In this document: positions 55,500 to 64,000 of the stretch, in pieces | How the letters are laid out: the number at the start of each line of letters is the position of its first letter | Position numbering within the stretch: the stretch's first letter is position 1 | Source of the DNA: a virus | Length of the DNA: 64,000 nucleotides | Reading direction: 5' to 3' (one strand) | IMG/VR virus record: IMGVR_UViG_3300027690_000141 | The notes under the pieces: generated by a model | What the model was told of the DNA's origin: nothing | Database searches by the model: none | What the model saw: only the letters and a program-made list of their open reading frames with translations | Program-made: the position numbers and the translations under genes

Positions 55500-55739
55500 T
55501 CACTGCTCCACGTACACCGAGCCCATCACAGCCACATGCGTGCAATTCGGCCCTATCACCTGCCATCTAAGCTCTTCTTCAGCCCCGCGATCGCTCACAT
55601 ACGCGCCCCTGAAACAGACGCAGTCCATCCGGCACCCGTTGTTGATAATCGGGCAGAAATTTCTCTCGACCCACTCTCTATCCCTCTTCTCCGCTTCAGC
55701 CAGCGCAGCCTCTTTCGCCTTAAACCTGTTTTCCCCCAT
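55500..55739 (-). CDS. Hypothetical Cys-containing protein
   Basis: FCPII...C..DC. Confidence 0.55.
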   Translation of the reverse strand: MGENRFKAKEAALAEAEKRDREWVERNFCPIINNGCRMDCVCFRGAYVSDRGAEEELRWQVIGPNCTHVAVMGSVYVEQ

Positions 55740-56097
55740 CCCCCGACTCCTTCTCCAACCTACGACCCTCCTCCTCCAACTCCACCATCAGATCAAAAAG
55801 CTCTCGTGACTTGCCCGTGGCCAAATCTCTCAGATAGACCTCACTCATCCTGCCCCAGTTCTCGACCATCGGCCGCCACTTGGGAAACGCCTCCGCCACC
55901 TCGTTCAGCCGGCCTTTCCATTCAGGGAATCGTAACAGCAAACGAAAACACCGGCCAAAATCAGCTGGATCATGAGGAACATCAAAACGAAACCTCGTCG
56001 GCAGGTTCTTCCCATTAACAACCCCGACCATCACAGCCCAGATCGTCTGGGATGAAATCCCTGTATCGCCGCATAAAATCCATTCATCAGGCGTCAT
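55720..56097 (-). CDS. Conserved phage hypothetical protein
   Basis: W...GDTGISS.TI...PHDPADFGRC..LL..PEW. Confidence 0.7.
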   Translation of the reverse strand: MTPDEWILCGDTGISSQTIWAVMVGVVNGKNLPTRFRFDVPHDPADFGRCFRLLLRFPEWKGRLNEVAEAFPKWRPMVENWGRMSEVYLRDLATGKSRELFDLMVELEEEGRRLEKESGDGGKQV

Positions 56098-56486
56098 TTG
56101 ATCACCCCCTCCAACGCCCTCTTTATGATCGAATCCGGCACGTCAAACAGCATCTGCTGTCCCCTCCACGGTATCGGTCTCTTGAACTCCCGCGGATCCT
56201 CAAACACGAATCCCCAATCCCCGAAAAACCACCTCGAATCGCATCGGTCAACGCAATCCACCATCTCCACTATCCCCTGCAGGGCTCCGAACACATGCCG
56301 CTCTTTCTCCGGGACCCACACATCCATCCTGTACACCAGGAACTCGTACCCCTTCTGATCCCAATTCTTACTTCCATGGATCACCAGAGGCCCCCTGTAC
56401 CCGCAGTACCAGCTCCTGTTCTCCACGTCTTTGTCTGTATGCAGGACTGCCCACGCCCATGGCTGTTTCAAGCTAAGCGCTTTCAT
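56094..56486 (-). CDS. ASCH domain protein
   Basis: MKALSLKQPWAWAV...KDVENRSW...YRG..IH...G.V.M.DC. Confidence 0.9.
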   Translation of the reverse strand: MKALSLKQPWAWAVLHTDKDVENRSWYCGYRGPLVIHGSKNWDQKGYEFLVYRMDVWVPEKERHVFGALQGIVEMVDCVDRCDSRWFFGDWGFVFEDPREFKRPIPWRGQQMLFDVPDSIIKRALEGVIK

Positions 56487-56513
56487 TTAAAATTCGCTCC
56501 ACTCTTCATGGTT

Positions 56514-56708
56514 TTAAGCTACTTTCTCCAGATGCCCCCAATTGTCAGCAATTTGATCCAATATCGAAGGCGCCGGCCGCTCCTCTCCGTACCTTCGAAA
56601 CGAAATCCACTTAGCTAGAAACACGATCAGCTCCTGCGCTTCATTTTCCATTTGAAGATTCTCGCCCAACTCTTCTTTCATCCGCTCGATGTCCATCATC
56701 ACCACCAC
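56514..56708 (-). CDS. Hypothetical protein
   Basis: 64-aa ORF. Confidence 0.45.
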   Translation of the reverse strand: MVVMMDIERMKEELGENLQMENEAQELIVFLAKWISFRRYGEERPAPSILDQIADNWGHLEKVA

Positions 56709-56959
56709 TCCTCAACTTCCAGCTTATGAGCCTCCACCAGTTCATGACATCTCAAGCAAAGCGTTATGCAATTCTCTTCAGTATCCAACCTCAGCCTGCT
56801 CCGCTTGATCTTGTGATGCACCGTCAACCACCACCTAGATCCACACTTCGGATTTCTGCAGCGCCATCCGTCCCTCTCCAATATCCTGTCTCTGAACTCG
56901 CGGTACGCTTCATCCTCCAGCTTCACCCGTCCCTCTTTTGGAAAACCAGGATTCACCAT
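56699..56959 (-). CDS. HNH endonuclease
   Basis: RDGWRC..C...VHH...N..TLC..CH. Confidence 0.85.
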   Translation of the reverse strand: MVNPGFPKEGRVKLEDEAYREFRDRILERDGWRCRNPKCGSRWWLTVHHKIKRSRLRLDTEENCITLCLRCHELVEAHKLEVEEWW

Positions 56960-57516
56960 TAGACTGGCTCCTCAAAAAGCTTCCTCTGTTTGAAATCCTG
57001 GATCCACTTCTCCTTCTTCCGCAGCTGTTCGCCCAGGTCCTCAATCACTCCCCGCAGCTTTTCCGTTTCTCCCTCTTGATGATCCAGCCTCCTCCCAATC
57101 GACGCCACCAGGCTCCATGTAGGCGGATATGCTTCCCGATCCGGGGCCTCCACAACCACAGTCACGTTTCCATCCTCATCCACTTCCACCAGGCCCACAT
57201 CCCTCGGTACCTCCCCCGGCTTGATCAGTCCCTTCGGAGCCGCAAAATAAAACTGGTTGCAGATCGTCAGCACAGGGTGTCTCTTCCACGGCCTTTTCTT
57301 CTCTCTCAAGAAATCCGGCCGACTCACCTTCACCTCGTACGCTATCTTGTGATTTCCCTTGTACGGCCAGCAGTTAATCACGAACAGATCGATCCTCTTC
57401 TCCTCAACACTCCCGTGCGCCGTACCCAGCCGCAACTCTCTGATACAGGCCCACTCCTTTTTCCCGCTGTGGTTGTGCCTCACTACCAACGCTTCAACTA
57501 TGTCATCTGCTTTCAT
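56959..57516 (-). CDS. MmcB-like PD-(D/E)xK nuclease-fold protein
   Basis: RE...RIDL...AYEVKVSRPDFL.E...K...CNQFYF..P..I...EVP...GL. Confidence 0.8.
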   Translation of the reverse strand: MKADDIVEALVVRHNHSGKKEWACIRELRLGTAHGSVEEKRIDLFVINCWPYKGNHKIAYEVKVSRPDFLREKKRPWKRHPVLTICNQFYFAAPKGLIKPGEVPRDVGLVEVDEDGNVTVVVEAPDREAYPPTWSLVASIGRRLDHQEGETEKLRGVIEDLGEQLRKKEKWIQDFKQRKLFEEPV

Positions 57517-57554
57517 TTTTTACTTCCGGTAGTAAACCACCCAACCCGGCACCT

Positions 57555-58055
57555 CTACTTCCTCCAGATTATGTGATACATCATGTACTTCGCTTGAAAA
57601 AACTTCTTGGCATGCTCCGCCACGCTTTCCGGGTCGTACTTTCCACAGCTGAACACATCCAGGTAAGCCGCATTCTCCCGCTCGACAAAATGACCGGACA
57701 CCAACGATGTTTCAATCAGCTGTACCATGGAATACCCCTTCACCCTCTCATCTTCTCCGAAATGCACCACCTGGCACGGCCCATATCGTTTGGCCAGCAG
57801 CAAATCATCACACAGTTCCTCCACATACTGCCGGATACTCTCTTCTTCTCGAACTGCACACGGATTGCAGCAATGTAAATCAATACTCGTCAATTTTCCC
57901 CAAGGAACAACATCGTCCCTAAGCGATTTCACCTGCTTCTCGCGTCCAAGACAACAGCTACAGCCCTCCATCTTGAACCGGTCATCCAGCACATGCCAAT
58001 CACCACAGCTACAAAACATCCCTATCCTTCCAAACTGATTTTCTCTGTCCTTCAT
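57555..58055 (-). CDS. speD: S-adenosylmethionine decarboxylase proenzyme (pyruvoyl)
   Basis: WG...IDLH.C, VHFG..GYSMVQLIET|SLVSGHF, YLDVFSCG.YD. Confidence 0.85.
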   Translation of the reverse strand: MKDRENQFGRIGMFCSCGDWHVLDDRFKMEGCSCCLGREKQVKSLRDDVVPWGKLTSIDLHCCNPCAVREEESIRQYVEELCDDLLLAKRYGPCQVVHFGEDERVKGYSMVQLIETSLVSGHFVERENAAYLDVFSCGKYDPESVAEHAKKFFQAKYMMYHIIWRK

Positions 58056-58243
58056 TTCGAGCCTCCCTTCCTTTCGAACTCCCGGCAACCCCTTTGCATC
58101 GGAAATCGGCCGCAACCTTTAAGCAAGCACTTTCTGAAGGATTGTTCGCAGAGATGAGAATCCGCCCTGGCTGACTGCCGAAAATTCACCAGGTACTTGC
58201 AATCTCCGCATCGAATAGGCTTCCTTTCCTGATTCCGCTTCAT
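58052..58243 (-). CDS. Small Cys-rich protein, paralog of 54331-54495
   Basis: CGDC...HLCEQSFRKCLLKGCGRFPMQRGCREFE. Confidence 0.65.
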   Translation of the reverse strand: MKRNQERKPIRCGDCKYLVNFRQSARADSHLCEQSFRKCLLKGCGRFPMQRGCREFERKGGSK

Positions 58244-58265
58244 CCTTCGTAAACTCGTTCATCCC

Positions 58266-58478
58266 TTAGCCTCTGCGAATCTCTTTCATAGTAACCTTTC
58301 CATTCGGACGCACAGCAGTCACTTTATACCTTGTACCTCTGATATTCAGGATCGTTCCCTTCTCCAGCCTGAACACACGAACCTCTTGCACCTTCGGATC
58401 CTGCAACGCCTTTTCCAGCTTTTCCGGCTCGTAAGGCTCCGGATCTCTCATCGTACCGTCCTTCTCTATCACCTGCAT
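58266..58478 (-). CDS. Hypothetical protein
   Basis: 70-aa ORF with GGAG RBS. Confidence 0.6.
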   Translation of the reverse strand: MQVIEKDGTMRDPEPYEPEKLEKALQDPKVQEVRVFRLEKGTILNIRGTRYKVTAVRPNGKVTMKEIRRG

Positions 58479-58481
58479 CTT

Positions 58482-59042
58482 CTACGCTCCTCTCGATCGG
58501 ATATACAATTCATGCCCTCCCAAAGGCCGTTCCTTCTTCAAGTTCTCGGCTATCAGCTCTCTCCAAAGAGGAGGCCTCGTCACACCAATTCCTCTCCCCG
58601 CCCATTCAACCCAATAATTCCACCACAACAACCACCTGGGCGCCACAAGCCAGGATCTCTTGTCCGCCCGAAACAACATGCTGATCGGATACCCCGATTC
58701 GGTCGGACTATGCCCGGCACACAAATCAAACGCACGAATAGGAAGTAAGTACCATCTCCTGGTCCTCGGGTACAGCCGTCCACGAGTTATTCTGTAAACA
58801 ATCGATCCAGCCAAGAACGCCCCGCGCTGCCAATGCCCCACTTTCGCTTGATCGTCCGACAGGTACTGCCTACCCCAGATCCCGACATCGTGCACAAAAA
58901 TACAGATCAGCTCCCACCACTTAGGCCATCTCTTGTACTCCAGCCGCCAGGCCATCAATACAAACAGCGGGTGCAGCAAAAACTGATGACATCCGATCAA
59001 ATACGACTTTGTACCCTCTTTCATCACTCCAAATCCTCCCAC
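58482..59042 (-). CDS. HD-like hypothetical protein
   Basis: SYLIGCHQF..HP..V..AW...HDVG...H. Confidence 0.65.
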   Translation of the reverse strand: MGGFGVMKEGTKSYLIGCHQFLLHPLFVLMAWRLEYKRWPKWWELICIFVHDVGIWGRQYLSDDQAKVGHWQRGAFLAGSIVYRITRGRLYPRTRRWYLLPIRAFDLCAGHSPTESGYPISMLFRADKRSWLVAPRWLLWWNYWVEWAGRGIGVTRPPLWRELIAENLKKERPLGGHELYIRSRGA

Positions 59043-59401
59043 ACTTCCTCAATCATGCCGCACACGACTTCTCTTGCGCCTGGCGTCAGCCCTGCAAGAC
59101 AATCTTCCGAAATCTCTCCTCCCACCTCCTGAATATGCTCCCGTAAATCCTCCAATACCATTGTGTAGGAATAGCCTTCACAGAAAAAGCTGTCTCTGAT
59201 ACTGACGCAATCACGACAGATCTTATAAGTGTCAAACCTGCCCTCCCATCGGCCAGTCTCAACCCTATACGTTTCACCTTTTTGAATAACCCGGCCGCAC
59301 TCCGAACAGACATGCTCCTTTCGGGCCCGGCGCTCAAAGTGAGAATAGAACTCAGGCCCATCCCCATCGACATTCACATAAACACACGAACAGCTGTTCA
59401 T
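59024..59401 (-). CDS. Phage Zn-finger hypothetical protein
   Basis: RARKEHVCSEC..I..GE.Y...KIC..C; ATGA-coupled. Confidence 0.7.
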   Translation of the reverse strand: MNSCSCVYVNVDGDGPEFYSHFERRARKEHVCSECGRVIQKGETYRVETGRWEGRFDTYKICRDCVSIRDSFFCEGYSYTMVLEDLREHIQEVGGEISEDCLAGLTPGAREVVCGMIEEVWEDLE

Positions 59402-59658
59402 GAATTCCTCGTCACATCCGCAATAAACATGGCAAAGTTCGCCACGTCGACACATTCCTTGATAATCTGATCCTGACCGACCCCTTCCTGCCAATCCGCT
59501 GTCTCTAAGACCTCTTCTAGCTCATCCACCTCGTCAACCAACCGATCAAAAAGCCAACCCAGGTCCTCGTCGAGCCAGCCTTCTTCCCCACGGTCTTTGT
59601 CATGCTTAGACAAAGCCGATTCCATCTGCTCTCCGAACCATTTAACGCATTCCCTCAT
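59398..59658 (-). CDS. MazG-like all-alpha NTP pyrophosphohydrolase
   Basis: L.DEVDEL.E...I.KECVDVANFAMFI. Confidence 0.75.
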   Translation of the reverse strand: MRECVKWFGEQMESALSKHDKDRGEEGWLDEDLGWLFDRLVDEVDELEEVLETADWQEGVGQDQIIKECVDVANFAMFIADVTRNS

Positions 59659-60389
59659 CAGCCTTCTTCCCCATACAGGTTCTTGAACCTCATCACCGAC
59701 GCCTCATCCATTGGCCCATACGTTCCGATGAATTCCTGGGCCAGCACCTGCAAATGATACGACTTCACGTCACTGCCGGTCAGCCTCGCAGCGGTCTCCA
59801 GGGCCCGGTCCACGATCTCCTTCTGTGACGGGCTCAACGAAAATCCCATGTAAATCTTCTCTTCATAATCCGTTTCGCCCCTGGACTCCTTGACCGCTTT
59901 TCGCAACTCTTCCACGCTCAGTTCCTTGGCCTTCATCAGCCACTCTTGCCTGTTCTCGTCGGTAAGCTCCGGCAGCTCCTTCATCTTTGTCCATTCGATC
60001 CCCCGCACATCCTCCTTGGAAATCCCGGCCTTCTCGCAGTTCTCCACAATCGCTATAAGGTACGCAGCCTTCCTGTACCTGAATCCGTGCCGCTTCTGCG
60101 TATACTCCTCCAGGTTTTCAAAGCCCAACTCCTTGTACAGCCCTTCATCTCGTATCTGCTTCAGCACCGCCCCCATGTCGAAGTACACGTCGAAGATCGA
60201 ATTCTTCATCTCCCTCACTTCATCGTCCAACTGCTCCGCTCTCTGCCTCCGGCCCACAAAAATCGCCGGCACCGCACTTCTGTATTCCTCGCAGTCATTT
60301 TTCTTCCCGCACAACTCGCAGAGCTTCACGCTCTTTCGTTGATTGTCCCTCTTACACCAAACAGACGTCGAAACAACCTCTGCTTCCAT
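59658..60389 (-). CDS. DUF3102-like helical DNA-binding protein
   Basis: MGAVLKQIRD..LY...F..Y....GF....A..LI; start refined to MEAEVV. Confidence 0.55.
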   Translation of the reverse strand: MEAEVVSTSVWCKRDNQRKSVKLCELCGKKNDCEEYRSAVPAIFVGRRQRAEQLDDEVREMKNSIFDVYFDMGAVLKQIRDEGLYKELGFENLEEYTQKRHGFRYRKAAYLIAIVENCEKAGISKEDVRGIEWTKMKELPELTDENRQEWLMKAKELSVEELRKAVKESRGETDYEEKIYMGFSLSPSQKEIVDRALETAARLTGSDVKSYHLQVLAQEFIGTYGPMDEASVMRFKNLYGEEG

Positions 60390-60393
60390 ACCG

Positions 60394-60957
60394 CTAACCC
60401 CTTTCTCTAACCGTGACTTCTGTCCTGGGCCGTTCCGAGTCGTAATCGTAATCCACGCTGCCCACGACATACTTGTCATTCTCGAAAAGAGAATCTTCAA
60501 CCGCCTTTCTTATGTTCCCAACATCACCGTGCTTTTTATTTGCAAAATACACCATGCAATCAACTCGCATCTTGCCTTTCTGTCGCAGGAATTCTCCAAT
60601 TTCCCTCGACGTAGCACTAACTCCGTCCAATTCCGATTCATAATAACAGCACTGCGCCACATACCTCTTCCAATCCAAATACCGCCTGATCATCGCCTTT
60701 TTCTTGCGCTGCGCGTTGGATTTCAGCCTCCGATCATCCACATGGATCATTGTCAATTCGTTTTGCGTCATTCTCAAATAGGGCACCGGATTCCCAGTCC
60801 GGGACTCTTGATTCCCCGGCACCACAAACCTCAACGTTCTGCCTCTTTCCAAGATCCAGTTCCAGCTATCACTGCCGCAGAAGGGGCACCTTCTACTGCC
60901 TTTGTTATTGAAAATCTGCATGCAACCCTTACATTCCTTGCTGTACTTACGAGACAT
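60394..60957 (-). CDS. rusA: RusA-like Holliday junction resolvase with N-terminal Zn finger
   Basis: CxxC..CPFC; GNPVPY.R, HGDVGNIRKAVEDSL..ND..V, PRTEV.V. Confidence 0.7.
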   Translation of the reverse strand: MSRKYSKECKGCMQIFNNKGSRRCPFCGSDSWNWILERGRTLRFVVPGNQESRTGNPVPYLRMTQNELTMIHVDDRRLKSNAQRKKKAMIRRYLDWKRYVAQCCYYESELDGVSATSREIGEFLRQKGKMRVDCMVYFANKKHGDVGNIRKAVEDSLFENDKYVVGSVDYDYDSERPRTEVTVRERG

Positions 60958-61681
60958 TTCCTTTCTTTTCCTTCCTGTAATCCGGTCCATCCACATACAC
61001 AAGCTCGCACATCTCGTAAATCCGCGACCTGATCGCCTGATCCAAATACATGCGCCTCTGGTCCTTCTTATCCGAATCCTCCAACGGAAAATTCGAGCTG
61101 AACGAAGTCGCTTTCCCCTCGTTCAGCCTTCGGTCCACGATCATGAACAACTTCTCCTCCACCATCTCCGTGGTCTTCTCCTTGCCCACGTCGTCAATCG
61201 CCAGGTATTCCACCGTGCAAGCATCCTCCAGAATCCCGATTTCCCAGTTGTTGAAAATGTCGCGTCTCACACTCTCAAAGAGCCAGGGCGCCGATATCAG
61301 AAGCGCCGGCTTCAGCTGCCTCTGCAGTTCATTCACCATCGCCGCCATCAAATGCGTCTTCCCGGCCCCCCACTTCCCGAACAGGTAACACGATTTCCCG
61401 CTTCGCACAGCTCGAAGCGCCTGTTCCTGTCGCTTCGTATGAACCACGAAATTCTCGAAGCTCTTCTCGCGAAGCTTGGGCGGCATCGCATACTTCTCGT
61501 TCAACTCCATTATCTTCCTGAACGCCCGCTTCTTCTTCACGCACTCGCAAACGACCGTCAGCCCCGCCTGATTCTGAACATACCCATAATTACACTGCGG
61601 ACAGTCCGGGTCGTAATCATACGCTGCATCCAGCAGATACCTATTCTGTTTCAAATCGACTCCAATCCACTCCACCCTCAA
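60947..61681 (-). CDS. DnaC/IstB-like AAA+ helicase loader
   Basis: CPQC..CEC, SFENF, GKWGAGKTHL, LAIDDVGKE, SSN, RIYEMC. Confidence 0.92.
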   Translation of the reverse strand: MRVEWIGVDLKQNRYLLDAAYDYDPDCPQCNYGYVQNQAGLTVVCECVKKKRAFRKIMELNEKYAMPPKLREKSFENFVVHTKRQEQALRAVRSGKSCYLFGKWGAGKTHLMAAMVNELQRQLKPALLISAPWLFESVRRDIFNNWEIGILEDACTVEYLAIDDVGKEKTTEMVEEKLFMIVDRRLNEGKATSFSSNFPLEDSDKKDQRRMYLDQAIRSRIYEMCELVYVDGPDYRKEKKGNVS

Positions 61682-62573
61682 GCTCCCTGTCGTCTCTACT
61701 CATCAGTCTGTTCACTTGGGTCGCAAACACACCTATCGTCCGGCCCGCTTTTTCCAAAAACGGATCTTCGATCTCCATGAACTTGTCCACCAACACCGTC
61801 GCTTCTTCGTATTCCATTCCCTTCAACACCTTGCTCACCAGCGCTCCTTCCTTCTCCCAGCTTACAAGGTAACTTTTCCTGAATTTCTTTTTGTAGGCCT
61901 GGGCGAAGTAATCGATCAGTCGCTTCACGTTCGGATTCACCGCTCTCTCATTCGACGCCAGCGCAGTCGTCACAGTCTCCGTAATCCTCTTGAACGCCGG
62001 TCTCATAGACCTGACCCATTCATCAGCCCCCACAAGCAACGCTTTCGCATCCTTTCCTTCAGCCACATCCGCAATACTCCTCTCCACAGCCTTGTCTTCA
62101 AACACTTCCAGAACTCCAGTCGGCCGAAACGTGTACATCAGATGCAAAAACAGTATCCGGTCCTTGTCCGACAACTTCATCCACGACTTCAAAAACCTCT
62201 CGCTGGCGCTCTTGTTCTTCGCCGAATACTTGTCCTGATACACATGCCAGTCCGTATTCCAGATATATTCGTCGCCAAACACAACCTCCGACCTGATCAG
62301 CCCCACCTCCAGAAAATCCATCTTATCCCTATGCCACGCCTGAAGCATATCCGTGATGCTTTTCCACTCCCGGCTCTTGTAGACGAGGTTGATAATCTCA
62401 AGCTCGTTATACGCTTTCAGACTGCTGTTGCTCATCAGCCCCGGGAACACCATTCTGTCCGCGTTCAGCACCAGCAGCCACCATCTCCACCTTTGACCGT
62501 CGTCATTCAGGGCCACCACCCGGTCCCCATGCACCCCCGACGTCAAAAACTTTACATACCCTCCTGAAGTCAC
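61641..62573 (-). CDS. Putative replication initiator/replisome organiser
   Basis: Directly upstream of the loader; C-terminal YF...Y...Y...KE..L...DPFL..F....N.L domain. Confidence 0.6.
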   Translation of the reverse strand: MTSGGYVKFLTSGVHGDRVVALNDDGQRWRWWLLVLNADRMVFPGLMSNSSLKAYNELEIINLVYKSREWKSITDMLQAWHRDKMDFLEVGLIRSEVVFGDEYIWNTDWHVYQDKYSAKNKSASERFLKSWMKLSDKDRILFLHLMYTFRPTGVLEVFEDKAVERSIADVAEGKDAKALLVGADEWVRSMRPAFKRITETVTTALASNERAVNPNVKRLIDYFAQAYKKKFRKSYLVSWEKEGALVSKVLKGMEYEEATVLVDKFMEIEDPFLEKAGRTIGVFATQVNRLMSRDDRELEGGVDWSRFETE

Positions 62574-62588
62574 CCATGCCCCCGCACA

Positions 62589-62786
62589 TCACTCCACAAC
62601 ATCCATCTTGTCACCACAGACCGGACACCTTTCACCAGGCAAAAGCGATATGCCACCGCAGCAGGTCAGACAAAAATCCTCGTCCTCCGCGTTTTCGGAC
62701 GCCTGGCGGAAAAGATCATTGACCATATCGATCTCTTCCGGATTTAGTTCATCACGCCTTTTTCTCTGCTGCCGGCTCAATTTCAT
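62589..62786 (-). CDS. Hypothetical Zn-binding protein
   Basis: CLTCC..CPVC. Confidence 0.55.
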   Translation of the reverse strand: MKLSRQQRKRRDELNPEEIDMVNDLFRQASENAEDEDFCLTCCGGISLLPGERCPVCGDKMDVVE

Positions 62787-62807
62787 CTTTTTCCTTCCAA
62801 CAGGATT

Positions 62808-63212
62808 TTAAAACGGGATATCGTCATCCGGAACGCTTGTCGGCTCTTCACGGCCACTCCAGCCTTCCTCTTTAGTCTTCTTCCCCCCACCGCCAAGAAG
62901 CACCAACCGATCAGCCTTGATCTCCGTCATATACCGTTCAATGCCACCGCTATCCGTCCATTTCCGCATGCTGATCCTTCCGATGATACACACCTGGTCT
63001 CCTTTCTTTACATACTTCTCTGCTATCTCCCCCGTCTTCCCCCAACACACTATCCTGTGCCACTCCGTTCTCTCCTGCTTCTCTCCATTCCGGTCCGTCC
63101 ATCTCTCGTTCGTTGCCATTCTGAACGAAGTCACAGACGTGCCTGAGGGCGTATATCTTATCTCCGGATCTTGGCCCAAATGCCCTATCAGCGTTACCTG
63201 GTTTAAAGACAT
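62808..63212 (-). CDS. ssb: Single-stranded DNA-binding protein
   Basis: MSLNQVTLIGHLGQDPE, TEWHRIV, KGDQV, acidic tail DDDIPF. Confidence 0.97.
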   Translation of the reverse strand: MSLNQVTLIGHLGQDPEIRYTPSGTSVTSFRMATNERWTDRNGEKQERTEWHRIVCWGKTGEIAEKYVKKGDQVCIIGRISMRKWTDSGGIERYMTEIKADRLVLLGGGGKKTKEEGWSGREEPTSVPDDDIPF

Positions 63213-63233
63213 CTTCTCCTCGCTTTCCACGCC

Positions 63234-63635
63234 TTACTTTTGTTTCCCTTTGCTATTGGCCTCCACCCTGGCAGCAAACGTCACCAAATCGTCCACTGCC
63301 ATAATATTCCACAGCTCCATCGCAACCAGGGGCTCGATATCCAGCCTCACCCCATACAATGTCATGTGGACCCACCACCACTGACCATCGATATAAGCAC
63401 GGCATTCCCCATGAAGCTCCTTCGAACCGACAACCGGTGCAGTGATAATCTCGTATTCATCCGTGTAATCCGAAATAACAGAGCAGCAATAAAGCGCTTC
63501 ATGACGACACTCTCCAAAAAACGACGTATTACTCTTGCCATCATCCGAACCGGAATCCGAGTCAATACAGGCGGTCACGCACGTCAGCAATAGAAAAAAC
63601 ATCATCGCTGATCGTGCAATTCTTCCACCTGTCAT
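63234..63635 (-). CDS. Putative lipoprotein
   Basis: Signal-like MMFFLLLTCVTAC followed by a Ser/Asp linker. Confidence 0.5.
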   Translation of the reverse strand: MTGGRIARSAMMFFLLLTCVTACIDSDSGSDDGKSNTSFFGECRHEALYCCSVISDYTDEYEIITAPVVGSKELHGECRAYIDGQWWWVHMTLYGVRLDIEPLVAMELWNIMAVDDLVTFAARVEANSKGKQK

Positions 63636-64000
63636 CCGATCTCTATTCCTCCACCGTTGAACACCAACCTATAGTCGGCAAGGGCTACAGCTTCCGGCCT
63701 GTGCGACACGTAAAAGCACGTCTCCATATCGCCCAGCTTCATCAACCCCCGGTACATCTCGATAAACCTTTTCGCATTGTCCGTACTCAGGGCCCCATCT
63801 TCTTCGTCTGCGAAAATCGTCTTGTAGTTCCTAGCCGACTTCTCTTTCGAGATCAGCGTCATGGCTAGACGCAGCGCCTTGAGAATCCAGACTTTCTCGC
63901 CACCGGATAAGTTATCTAACAGCACTTCCGGACCTGCTTCCGGCAGCAGTAGGATATCCAGCACCTCTCGTCCCTCGTCGTCCTGCGTCCTGAACTTCAC
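63632..64000 (-). CDS. SbcC/Rad50-like ATPase, C-terminal fragment
   Basis: LSGGE signature, IFADEEDGAL Walker B/D-loop, SH switch. Confidence 0.85.
   Translation of the reverse strand: MKFRTQDDEGREVLDILLLPEAGPEVLLDNLSGGEKVWILKALRLAMTLISKEKSARNYKTIFADEEDGALSTDNAKRFIEMYRGLMKLGDMETCFYVSHRPEAVALADYRLVFNGGGIEIG

Noticed and set aside
57539-57545. Isolated GTTGGGT (GTTRRRY) after speD
   Set aside because: No R'' box or inverted arms upstream; a 7-mer match is expected by chance.
60394-60957. RusA DxGN instead of DxDN as a sign of inactivation
   Set aside because: RusA homologs vary at this position and the other acidic and Lys residues are retained; this cannot be judged without an alignment.
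453-62567. Many long plus-strand ORFs (e.g. 16984-18198, 28596-29999, 38065-39666, 61716-62567)
   Set aside because: They are antisense shadows of strongly biased minus-strand genes, with no recognisable motifs or RBS.
61641-62573. Replication origin iterons in the initiator gene
   Set aside because: I could not find convincing tandem repeats by eye; a repeat finder and skew analysis would be needed.
1-64000. CRISPR array or mini-array
   Set aside because: No identical direct repeats with regular spacers; the periodic elements at 51.4-53 kb are dissimilar palindromes of attC type.
1-64000. Stop-codon reassignment
   Set aside because: TAA, TAG and TGA all end genes at coupled junctions, and conserved genes are full length in the standard code.

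Overview
This window is a 64-kb segment of a tailed dsDNA phage (or prophage) genome. All credible genes lie on the minus strand, use the standard code and are tightly packed. Transcription runs from right to left: recombination/replication genes (SbcC-like fragment, SSB, initiator, DnaC-like loader, RusA-like); a long accessory region of small genes (MazG-like, AdoMet decarboxylase, MmcB-like, HNH, ASCH, Lar-like, HD-like); a sugar-nucleotide/modification cluster (B12-radical SAM, GT-B, methyltransferase, DegT aminotransferase, tRNA-CAU, RmlB, ParB-like, SDR); terminase; a T4-type head module (gp20-like portal, gp21-like protease, gp23-like capsid, gp13-like neck); a lambda-like non-contractile tail (G/GT frameshift, tape measure, M/L/K-like genes, 3,700-aa I-J-fibre fusion); and a lysis cassette. 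Four observations stand out. (1) An integron-type gene-cassette array at about 51.4-53.4 kb: four complete attC-like sites and three decayed ones separate small phage-like ORFs, with no integrase in the window. (2) A block of genes between portal and protease whose products share an N-terminal leader and a repeated [ILF]xE|GGxGSGxWGHKGRxGKxGGS motif, consistent with protease-processed internal head cargo (HD hydrolase, papain-like enzyme). (3) Glycosyl-, sulfo- and methyltransferases interleaved with capsid, neck and tail genes, suggesting a sulfated/methylated virion glycan. (4) A terminase-adjacent amino-deoxysugar + ParB + GT + radical-SAM cluster that could hypermodify DNA. All family assignments come from motifs read by eye; no database searches were run, and the host is unknown.
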